64,000 nt of DNA from a virus. Both the position numbers and the translations under genes were made by a program. The notes under the pieces are model-generated. The model did not search any database and had not been told where the DNA came from. It saw nothing but the letters and a program-made list of their open reading frames with translations. The DNA lies in the IMG/VR virus record IMGVR_UViG_3300044970_001982, positions 45,101 through 109,100 of that record; one strand, 5' to 3'. The first letter of the stretch is position 1. Every line of letters begins with the position of its first letter. Positions 28,731 to 39,300 of the stretch are shown piece after piece.

Positions 28731-31700
28731 CTAAAAAGATCCGGCAATTTCCTGGTACGGATTTGAAGCTACATCAGGGATTCTATTATACATAGTACTG
28801 TTAATATTTCCATTAGTAAGTCCTGAAGCAGCTTGTCTAAAACTTTCTACCTGATCTCTATTTCCATAGAGGGAAACTTTATAATTCATACCTGGATTAT
28901 AGCTTTTTCCTGACATTGCAGCAATTTCTGATAACTTTCTAGGATAGTCTGATTCATATGCAGATCCTCCAGGTAGTAGTGGTGGACCACTTATATCCTC
29001 AGCAGTTCTATCCTTAGACCCTTGATATATAAAACTTGCAGCTACGGCAAGTCCTGTTCCAATAGCAATATTTCTAACAGTGGGCTTAGCTAACTGTTCC
29101 GATAAGTATTCTTTAGTAATCCTTTGGAATCTTGCCTTTTTTGTCGGAGATCTTTCATCTGAAAGAGCTCGAAGAGTATCTGCAACTACGTCTGGTGTAT
29201 CATCAGCGATTTGATCAGCCGACCTTAATACATTCCCTGATGCATTTGATCCATTAACAAAGGCAGCTGCTTTAGAGTCATTTATTTGAGCTTGCTCATA
29301 AACAACCCTTGCCCTAATCGCACTACTAATTTGAACCTCTTGTGCGGTTGCCTCTGCAGCTTCTTTATCTAATAGTAAGCTCTTAATGACATCAGCCCTG
29401 CCATACTGTTCTCCATTTGAGGAGAAAAATCCATCTACAAAATCAAAATCCATAGAGGTATTTAATATGCCGGCTCTTTGTTCTGGGCTAAAAGTTAATG
29501 ATTCAATAAAATCTTTTAATGCAACATTTGAAGTTGCTCGTTGATAATTTCTTCTTTTTTGCGCCATATCTAAGTATCTATGTAGAGTATGTGCCCTTTC
29601 AACACCATCTCCAATCAAAGTTGTGTCTGGTAGTTTTTCTAATAAACCAAGTGGATATTTTCTTTGAGAAGAAACATATTCCAAAGAGCTAATTAATTCA
29701 TAGCCACTTATGCCCATGGTCCTACTTACATCTTCCATGTCTGCAAGAAGTCTGTCACCAAGTTGGAACTTTAAATTTTCCATACGATACTTGGCCATTT
29801 CTTCTAAGTTTGCATCACCTTGTTGATCCATTATTTCTTTTATAGAGGAAATAATTTGACTATTGCGATCTAAGATATTTTCTGCAGCTATTCTAGACTC
29901 TCTAGTAATATCTGCTGCTAATAGTTGTTCTTGTGATGCGCTTCTTGTCGAATATAGCTTAAATAGTGCGCTACTGTATCTTTCTGATATGTTTGCTGCT
30001 GCTTCCATTTCTGATAGTTTTCCAACACCTATAAATCCTCTTGATCTTAGTAGCTTCTCAACTTCTTCGTGACCACCAGCAACTGCGTCATTAAACTGCT
30101 TAATATCTTCAGCGTTTGCACCGCCTTCAACCATTCCTTGAGAAATTCCTTCAGCGATTATTGTTAGATCTGATTTACTCAATTTTCCACTGGATAATAG
30201 AACTTCATCAATCTTTGCATCAAAGCCTTGATATTGAGATAGAAAGCCAAATAACTTTCCGTACTGGCGCATTGTTGTTTCTCCAAATTGTCCTAAATTA
30301 AGAGCTTGTTGTCCATATATTCTTTCTAAAGCTGTTTTTGCTATACTTGGATCAGATGCAGCGAGTTCAGAAGTATGCTTTAATATTAAACGTCCAGAGG
30401 TAAACGTTTGAGTCATGTCAATTGCGGTTTCAGCTGGAAGCAAGCCAAGCATTATGTTTTTTTGTTTTAATATTTCCTCTATATTTGCAGGCAGTTTATT
30501 TCCTTTAAACATTTGCTCAAATTCATATAAACCTTGACCAATAACAGTAGACCTATTGACATATACGCCAAGTATATTTTCATTTTCTATTGCAGTTTGA
30601 ACACTTCTCTTTAAGAAATCTTCAGACACTACTTGATTAAGTATCTTGTAGTCTATAGAGCTTACTGCCTTATAGAGTGCTTCGGAATCGCCTGCTTTTG
30701 CAAGATCTTTCATTGACTGTATTTGAGTCGCAGACAAATGTGGAGATAGCTTATTAAATAACTCATCAGCAACTTGCATGGTCTCCACTTCTGCCTTTAA
30801 TCTTTGGAAACCTAATGACATAAGCATTGGGTCTTCAGCACCACGTGCAATTAATTGTGTTGCTGAAAGATTTTCTGATGCCGTTCTTCCAAGTCTTTGA
30901 AGAAAAGCGGCGTCAAATTTTCTTCCTTTATTTTGATATAGTTGATCCCAGACTCTTATAGCAGTTTGTTCTATATTATTCATATCAAACATATCATCTA
31001 TAAAATCTTTACCAGTTAATGCTGTTTTTAAAGTAGATAAATCTGAATCACTACTAGCAACTAACATTTCATCTAATTGACGCATAAATAGTTTATTATT
31101 GCCAAATAATTCCTGATAAGTTTCAAGGTCACTAAATCTAGTTAAGCCTATTAATTCTCCAGCTGCTGTTGGTTGACGAGCCATCGCAGCTGCAAATCTT
31201 CTTTTACCACCTGATTCAAAGGTGCCTAAAATTGGCAAACCCTTGTCGTCAAGGTCGAATCCACCTAGGGCATGGTAAAATCTTCTGATGTCATTTTCAT
31301 GGAATAAAATATTATGATTAGATATTCTAAACTTGGCCATCTCAACATTTGTTCCACCAATGTCAAATGCTTCAGCGGTTCCAGAAAGAATGTTCATATT
31401 ACCCTTAACTCCGGTCATAGCATTAGCTTCTGAGTTAATTGCATATCTATAAACTTCTGGAAGAACTGGAAGTTTCATTCCCTTTCTGCTTACAAATAAT
31501 TCTGAATCATAATATACTTTTAATAAGTTTAAATACTCATTTGAATCTCTAATTGAAACTCCACTTTGATGAAGTTCAAGAACTCTTTTTGCCCAGTCTC
31601 TGTTTAACATCTTACTAAATTGTTGCTCTTCAGGTAAGGCATCTATATCCTGTGAGGAAATTTTTCTAATTGCCTTCATGACATTATGGTCTTCATTAAT

Positions 31701-33380
31701 TCTTCCTCTTGCTAAAAGAGCTTCAAATTCATCAAGAACTCCTTTTCTATATTTTTCTATCATAGCAAGTTCTTCTGGTTCGCCAAAAATAGATTGATGA
31801 AAAGCTGTTAACATTGGATCAGAGTAGACTCTACTTGTAGATTCTGCTGCACCGCTGAAGTTTAGAATTGCAGTACCTGCTGCAATTGATGTATCTCTTT
31901 TCAATCCAGCTACACTTGTTATAATTCCATACTTATCAAAACGATCTAGAAAATCAACAACTTGTGCGGCTGATTTATAGTTAACGTCTCTATTGCCTAT
32001 TCTTACAGAACCACGAACAGTCATTTGAGACATCTGTTCGTTTAACTGAGTTAATTGTCTGTCTATTTCTATTCTTCTAGTTATTGAATCTTCATCAAAT
32101 TTTGTAGCTAAACTACTTTTTTCTTTTCTTAATTGAGCTTTAAGATTATTAATATTTTTTCTATTAATTAAAGAAGAACCGTCATATCCCTTTTCAATTT
32201 CATCAAATAAATTACCAATAATACCTTTTTCTGATGAACTAAATGATTTAGACTCTTTTAATTTCTTCTTTGCTATATCTATTCCATATTCACCGGTTGC
32301 AGCATCTATTTGACCAGAATTTGCTATTTCATTTATAAAAGTTTTTAACCTATTCTGAACATCATCTATGTCCAATAAAGCTTTTCCTTCTGCAGCAAGT
32401 TTGCTATTTTCAACATCTATTAATTCTGATAAAGGTGATTTAATTACAGAAAGAGCATCAGCTTGAGATCTATTTGTTCTTATATATGACATTACGTCGG
32501 CCTGTTTTCCAACAGAAGATAACAATCTAGTATCGTTTTCTTCAAAAGCGTAAGCCATTATTTCGAATACATTATCAACATTTAAAGTAGCGTTTGCTAG
32601 AGCAGTCATTCTACTAACAGAATTTGCTGCGCCAGTTGGGTCTAGGAAATTAAATCCTAAAAATGAATCAATTAAAGATCCAGAAAGAGATACATCTCTA
32701 GGAGACAAAACACCCTTGAGTCGTTTTGGCAATTTTGCAAACAATTTGCTTAGACCTTTGTCACCTTGTGATATAGCCCTAAGTAATTCTTCTTCTTCAA
32801 AAAGCCCTCTTCCAGTATCTTGTAAAACTTCTATCGCTTCAGATGTGCTAAGAACTTTATCTCCCAATATAAAATTAAGAGCCATTCCACCTTCATCTGT
32901 AGGGAAAACGAAACCAGTTCCATTGTCGGTCATGCTTTTTAGGAAGTCACCTATAGATTTACTTCCTTGTCTAGCTTTGTGAATTGCTATCTGAGCACTT
33001 AGTGTTTTGCCTTTATATCTATTATTAGTTTTTAGCGCGCTATTCATTTCTGCGAGAACTTGCTCATAACCCCTAAATGTAGATGGGCTTAGTTCGTCTG
33101 CAAAGTTTATATTTGCTAACTCTGTTATTCCAAAACCAGAAACATACGTTGCAGCTTCGTCTACTGTAGAAAATACTTGTTGTGCCGATATTCCTGGAAT
33201 ACCAGATAGTTTTGGATTAAAATAACTTGCCTTAAATTTTAATCTTCCGTCTTCAACAACTGGTTCTATTAATCTTTTTTGTCCAAAATATGTTTTAGAT
33301 AGCGATTGTTTTGCGATCAACATTTGCCTGTCTATTGACAGGTTATTCAAATAAGATGTAACATCTATTATCGGTTCCAC
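28731..33380 (-). CDS. Putative single-subunit two-barrel RNA polymerase (QDE-1/YonO-like), probably virion-associated
   Basis: Ordered motifs: YDG (D400), R456, K469, K494, LGGFDLDD (706-712), RQPTAAGE (R735), LGVYVN (937-942), AID (D988); C-terminal hydrophobic helix. Confidence 0.65.
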   Translation of the reverse strand: MEPIIDVTSYLNNLSIDRQMLIAKQSLSKTYFGQKRLIEPVVEDGRLKFKASYFNPKLSGIPGISAQQVFSTVDEAATYVSGFGITELANINFADELSPSTFRGYEQVLAEMNSALKTNNRYKGKTLSAQIAIHKARQGSKSIGDFLKSMTDNGTGFVFPTDEGGMALNFILGDKVLSTSEAIEVLQDTGRGLFEEEELLRAISQGDKGLSKLFAKLPKRLKGVLSPRDVSLSGSLIDSFLGFNFLDPTGAANSVSRMTALANATLNVDNVFEIMAYAFEENDTRLLSSVGKQADVMSYIRTNRSQADALSVIKSPLSELIDVENSKLAAEGKALLDIDDVQNRLKTFINEIANSGQIDAATGEYGIDIAKKKLKESKSFSSSEKGIIGNLFDEIEKGYDGSSLINRKNINNLKAQLRKEKSSLATKFDEDSITRRIEIDRQLTQLNEQMSQMTVRGSVRIGNRDVNYKSAAQVVDFLDRFDKYGIITSVAGLKRDTSIAAGTAILNFSGAAESTSRVYSDPMLTAFHQSIFGEPEELAMIEKYRKGVLDEFEALLARGRINEDHNVMKAIRKISSQDIDALPEEQQFSKMLNRDWAKRVLELHQSGVSIRDSNEYLNLLKVYYDSELFVSRKGMKLPVLPEVYRYAINSEANAMTGVKGNMNILSGTAEAFDIGGTNVEMAKFRISNHNILFHENDIRRFYHALGGFDLDDKGLPILGTFESGGKRRFAAAMARQPTAAGELIGLTRFSDLETYQELFGNNKLFMRQLDEMLVASSDSDLSTLKTALTGKDFIDDMFDMNNIEQTAIRVWDQLYQNKGRKFDAAFLQRLGRTASENLSATQLIARGAEDPMLMSLGFQRLKAEVETMQVADELFNKLSPHLSATQIQSMKDLAKAGDSEALYKAVSSIDYKILNQVVSEDFLKRSVQTAIENENILGVYVNRSTVIGQGLYEFEQMFKGNKLPANIEEILKQKNIMLGLLPAETAIDMTQTFTSGRLILKHTSELAASDPSIAKTALERIYGQQALNLGQFGETTMRQYGKLFGFLSQYQGFDAKIDEVLLSSGKLSKSDLTIIAEGISQGMVEGGANAEDIKQFNDAVAGGHEEVEKLLRSRGFIGVGKLSEMEAAANISERYSSALFKLYSTRSASQEQLLAADITRESRIAAENILDRNSQIISSIKEIMDQQGDANLEEMAKYRMENLKFQLGDRLLADMEDVSRTMGISGYELISSLEYVSSQRKYPLGLLEKLPDTTLIGDGVERAHTLHRYLDMAQKRRNYQRATSNVALKDFIESLTFSPEQRAGILNTSMDFDFVDGFFSSNGEQYGRADVIKSLLLDKEAAEATAQEVQISSAIRARVVYEQAQINDSKAAAFVNGSNASGNVLRSADQIADDTPDVVADTLRALSDERSPTKKARFQRITKEYLSEQLAKPTVRNIAIGTGLAVAASFIYQGSKDRTAEDISGPPLLPGGSAYESDYPRKLSEIAAMSGKSYNPGMNYKVSLYGNRDQVESFRQAASGLTNGNINSTMYNRIPDVASNPYQEIAGSF

Positions 33381-36300
33381 TATCTAACACCTGCGCTTAT
33401 ATCAATTTGCTGAGAACCAAAAGGATTCATTACTGGAGTAACTGTTCCTGTTACGCCCATCCCATTCATTAGCGACCTTAACTGATAGGCTATGTCAGCC
33501 CCAGAATTGGATTGTCCAAATTTTGGATAACTTGGGTTTGTAAGATTTGCTTCTTGTATCTGTTGTGGATAGTAACCCATTTGCGACATTTGTAGACCCA
33601 TTGATTGACCCATCTTAATTTTTACTTGATCCATATTGGTATTTGGGTGCCAACCCTCCCAATGTTCAGCAGGTAGTTCGTGTCTGCTAAAGTAATCCAC
33701 TAAGTCTGGTCTACGTTCTACATTCATTCCCCAAGCAGCCTGATATATTCTTCTTTCTAGTCTCCCGGCTGTAGAAAGTATTTGTTGACGTTCTTCAACC
33801 GGAGCATTTATCATCGCTTTAAAGTGTTCTCTTTTTCTTTTTGGAATAGCTAAAGATAAACTTTCTATATCAGTTCCATATTTACCGGAATTAATATCTT
33901 CTATAGGAGCTCCATACATTGTTCTTTTTGCTGCAGATCTAAATTGGAAAGCTGCGCCTCTGTCGCCAGAAGCCTCTGCCATATTTGCCAACCTAGTATT
34001 CTTTACATATGTTAATATGTCTGCATACTCTTCTAGTGCTAGTTCCTTTTTTCTAGTTTCTGGAATAAATTTTTCTCCAGTTATTGCTTCTTTAGCTTGA
34101 TTAAAAGAAGAAACAACTAAACCTGTAATTGCTCCTACTGCAGATGAGATTAACTTTCCTTTTGCAGTTTTGCCAAAAAATGTTCCCGTAACTGCTAAAG
34201 CAGAGGCTGCTGCTAATGGATTTCTATTTGCAGCTTTGTTGATCATTGGTTCTATGAAGCTTTCTACTGGCCTTTGCCATTCTGGGAAAGTTGCCCCATA
34301 AACATTGTTTCTTTCCCAATCCTCAACAGCAGTAGTTTTGTTTAAAAATTTTCTATTTATAAAAGTATCTCTGTGAGCTATATATTCGGCTGCTCTTCCA
34401 AGCGCATATGGCAGTGGATGAGACCCTGCCTCTTGGGCTGATTGATATCTATATTTATAATCTGTAAATTGACGTTTCTGCTGTGCTGCCAATGTTCTTT
34501 CCCTAAGATCTTGAACATATATACGATCAGCAGGGTCATTAACCATCGTGTCAATTTTTTTATCTAAAGCTCTATACTGCCTAGAGTAAGGAGCAACATC
34601 TCCTAATATTTTATATTGATCCAATAGCCCGTATCTACCAGTTTCATCAGACCTAAGTCTATTTAATCTTTCGTACGCAACTCCGGGTAGTCTTAGTTCG
34701 CCTTCTTGAACTTTGGCAAATGGGTCACCGGTCGTAAAGTCTGTAAAATACTCAGGTCCTGGCAAGAATGGATATTGTTGTCCCATAAGATTTCTTATTG
34801 GATTAATGTAATTAACGTCTGTTCTTTCTTTCGGTATGAATCTTCTTGTTACTTCAGAAAATTCTAAAGACCCTACTTGAGAACCAGACATAAGTGGGAT
34901 ATCTCCCAATCCACCAAGATTAAGATCCCAAAATTGACGACTTGTACCATAAGCTTTAGATGCTGCCTGCAAAACAGATCTTTGTGGAGCAAAATCTGAT
35001 TGTCCATATCCAAAATTTTCACGCAAAGTACCTATTCCGAAACCATAAATACCTAGCATTTCTTGAGTTCTATAGCCTAGCTCCTGTGACTGAACCTGAA
35101 CATTTCCAACACTTAGAGGAGCTCCTGCTGGTATTATTCTTTGTGGCATTACGCCAGATACCTTGCTTGGACCATAGGCCATCTGCAAATATTGGTTATT
35201 AATACTTGATATTGTATTTCTTGTATCTGCTTGAGCCGTATTTAAGGCCCCAGCTCGTCCTGCTAACATTGCATTTGTAGATGCTTGCATTCCGCCAGCT
35301 CCACTAGATGATACTCCTCCGACTGGGATTGGCATTCCTGATCCAAGTGGTCCTCCTGGAACTGATCCCTGAGTCATTCCACCAGATATATAGGCTGCTG
35401 CATTATATGCTCCGGACTGGCCAGCTGGAGCATAATTAGCTAATCCGGCTGCTAACTCTCTTTCGTGCATTAGGGTTTCTGGTTTTAGAATTCTTCCAAC
35501 TGTTGCATTTAGGGCCGGGACTAGAGGTCCAAATGGACCACTAAAGTATTCTCCAGTTACAGGGTATGGTCTATCGACAAAGTGTTTTCTTTCAAATCTA
35601 TAAGGATCAAATGGTCTAAGTGGAGATATGTCAGTATAAAATAAAGCTTTTTCTATTGGGCTTCCATATGTATCTGAGGTAAACATTGCCCCAGCTTCTA
35701 TCTTTCTATAGATGCTCGGACGATAATACATAATCTTTCCGCCCATAAATGGCGTATTACCCAATGGCCAGAAACGTCCTTGGCGAATAGCTACTTCACC
35801 TTCAAATAATTGTTCTTTTTTCTCTTGAAAATTCATTCCACCAGGAGTTATTCCAGCCCCAAGTGCATGTAGATTTCCGGCTACTTTAGCTGCACCACCG
35901 ATAAAGAATGGAGAGTATACTCTTTCTCCCCTTTCATCTTTTTCATTAACCATTCCGCCAATAGTTCTATCTACTGTCATTATTCCTGTTCCGGCGGCGT
36001 ATATTGGAAGAACTCTTTTTCCAACCATGCCAGAAGCAAATAGACTTAATGGAGATGAGTATTTATTTACATCAAGCTGCAGTCCAAGTGTACCAAAATA
36101 TTTATTTAATCTTTCCACTCCATGAGAGATAGCTGCTGATGCACTTGAATAACCTTGGGTATTATTAAATGTGTTTATGCCTAGAACACTCTTTATTGCT
36201 GCAAAAGGGTCTCTACCAAAAACAGTGCCAAACGTAGGCGTTAATAACACGTCTGCGCCGGGTCCTCTTGTAGAGCCTAAGGCATCTGAAGCAAAGTCTG

Positions 36301-39300
36301 ACATTGAATATGGCGCTGTGCTGAGCTTTGGATATAAGAATTGCTTGAATAAGCCAGACTTTCCAATTTCACCTATTCTAGCTGTCGTTCCTTTGACGTA
36401 TGGATCCAAAAGTTTTTCGACACCAGATACACCCTTTTCTGCGTTACCTCTTATTATAGAAGCTGCTTCTCTTACAGAGCCTCTTTGTACTGCCAGGTTA
36501 CTAAGGTTGCTTCTATTGGCCCTGAATGAACTTAGGTTTAGCAAGGTAGAAAAGGCCGCAGCTTGTGCTTCCGCTAATTGACCAGCTGGTAATTGTCCGG
36601 CCATTTCTGATATTGCCTGGTTAATCTGTATAAATGCATTTCCATAAGATCTACCAGTTGCACCTGCCGCCCCTTGTGCAAGTAGTTCATCTCTTTGTAT
36701 TAAGTATCTAAATATCTCATTTTTTAACTGATCTTCTCTAGTTAAAATAGTCGGGCTTTTTGCTCTAATATGCGAACCAGACATCAAGTCTGCTTCTTCT
36801 AGCATCTTTCTGATTCTACTACCCATCATGTAGAAGGTGTCGGTATCAAAGCCTCTACTTCTTAATTGTGCTGCGTCGTCTGTAGATCTAGCCAGAATTC
36901 TTTGAGCAAACGCTATGGTATCTTGAACATTATTTAATTCTGAAGTTCTTTGACCATAAAATGTGCCTACTCCACGATCCTCTATTGACTTCATTACTTT
37001 TCTCGGCATTGCTGTGCCAAAAGTGGACTTTCTAAATCTTTCAAAAGCCCTTAAAAATTCTCCCTCAGAAATCATTTCTGCGCCAGAATCATCAACTATT
37101 CTTACAGCGCTACTTGCTTCAGCTCCAACATCTAATTTGTAGTTTTTTCCTTTTACGTTTACTGTTTCGCCTTTTAGTATTCTTGCAAAAAAAGCTGGAT
37201 TGTCTACATCTGTTTTTCTTTGGGCAAATCTTTTTAATAGACCTGGTAGTGAATTTGGTTGCTCAAAGTCAATGTCAAATTTTTCTCTAAACTGTAATTC
37301 TTTTTGTGGAGAAACTCTTAGAGCCTTAAATAACTTAGATCTATTTATGGGGTTTCCATTTTCGTCTAATTTAAGAGCGTTTAATTGATTTAGAGATTTC
37401 ACATCTCTTTCTGAGGCTGCATTTCTAGCTTGCCTTGAGAGCATTTCTGAACTAGTTCTTGATAAAGGTCTATAGAATCCTTCTAATTGCCTGGATTGAT
37501 ATTGTCCAGTCATAGCCTCTCTATTAAAGGCCATAACCTGTCCCTTAGTTCTTCCTCCACTAAAGAATAAGTAGAAATCAGCTGCTTGATCAGTTTCACT
37601 TAAAAATGGTTGAGCCACTTTTCCTTGAACAATTTGAAATGGTGCTCGACCAGCCATTTCATCAAAAGAACCTTTGCCCAACATTTGCGCTGGGTTAAAG
37701 TTAAGAATAGGAATTTTCAAATCTCTTGCAAAGAAATTTCCTACATTACTTATGGATTGTCTTATTCCAGAAAAGTCTAATACATTTCCGGACCTAGTAA
37801 CATAGGTGTCTCTTAATACTGAAACGCTAGCAGAAGTTGTTGTTGGATCTTGAAGTGCTACTCTTTTTCCAATATCTCTAATTATATTTTGACTATCGTC
37901 TGTTAAATTGGAGAATATTCCTTTTTCAAATCCCTCGTCTAATGTCATTGGCCTAAGGCCAAGGATGTTATACCCTCCAGCAAATATGCCTGAGCTTATT
38001 TGTTTTTCTCTAACTAGAAATGACCTCATCTGAAGTAAGTTGGAGGTATCTATTCCTAGACCGGCTAATCGATTTGATAAAACTGCCTCTGAAACGTCTC
38101 TACCATCAGAATGTTTTAGCTGAACACCCATTCTTTGAGCTGATCTTTTTATTAAGAAGTCTCTTTTAGCGCTGGTTAAATTATTTAAATCGCTAAAATC
38201 TTCAAAAGATGCTTTTTTAGTTTTTAGTATCTTTGATGCAACTGCGGGAAAACCCTGATCTGACACAGCTGACCAAGCTTTTTCGGCCCTTCTTCTCAAT
38301 TGGGCTTGAAATTCTCTACCTTCAAAAACTCTGGTAGCGTCATCAATGGATGATCTTAGGGCATCAGTAGTTAAGAATCCTCCTGGAATATTTGTGTTTG
38401 CAGTACCAGAGAATCTTGTTAATATTTCTTCAAAAGCTTCATCGCCTTCTTTCAATATTTTTGTTTTGCCAATAGTAATTTTTCTACTGACTTCAGTTAC
38501 GCCTCTTTCAACGTGAATCTGATTAACAAAATTATTGGTTAGCTTTTCAAAAGCTTCATCATTTGTTCTTCCTGCATTTTTTAATATTGCTCTTTGCAAT
38601 ACTTCTTTGTAGGCAGATTGTTCTTGCCCTCTAAAAAATTCAGAAGTATAAAAAGATCCAGATCCTACTCCACCACCACCAGTGGACTCTATCTTTTGTG
38701 CCAATCTGGACATTCTATTTCCATATCCAGATTGAATTCTTTTGATAACTGAAGTTAAATCACTAGCGTCTGATATTATTCCCCTGGATGCACCAGAACG
38801 AACCATGGTATCAAATTCAACAGATCTGTTAATTACATCGTAGCCTGCACCGACTTTTCTAAATTCATTTATACCCTGACGAACAGAAGATCCTAGACCC
38901 CTTAGTCCGGGAAGTAGATCTATATATCCAAAGCTCCCATCTGCTCCATCACCAAATGCTAATCTTCTACCAAATGTAGCTGCTCTTTTTAAGGTGTTTT
39001 GTCCTGATGAGGCGGCCCATGCCTCTCTAGCTCTAGTATTTCTTGCTGCTGATAATATAGCAGGTAAGTTTGGCCTGTCTGCGTAGTATTGCTTAGTAGC
39101 TGCCTGTATGCCACCAGAGGTTTGTGCAGATATTTTTAAAGCTTGATTAGCTATCTTACTAAGATCGTGTCCAACTTCAGATAAAACATCGCTTAAATCT
39201 ACAAACTTTTGTGCTGCTCGTGTCTTAAATGTATTTACACCCATTGACCTGGTAACATCACCCATTGACTGCCTGAAGGTCATTATAGAGTGACGAGCAT

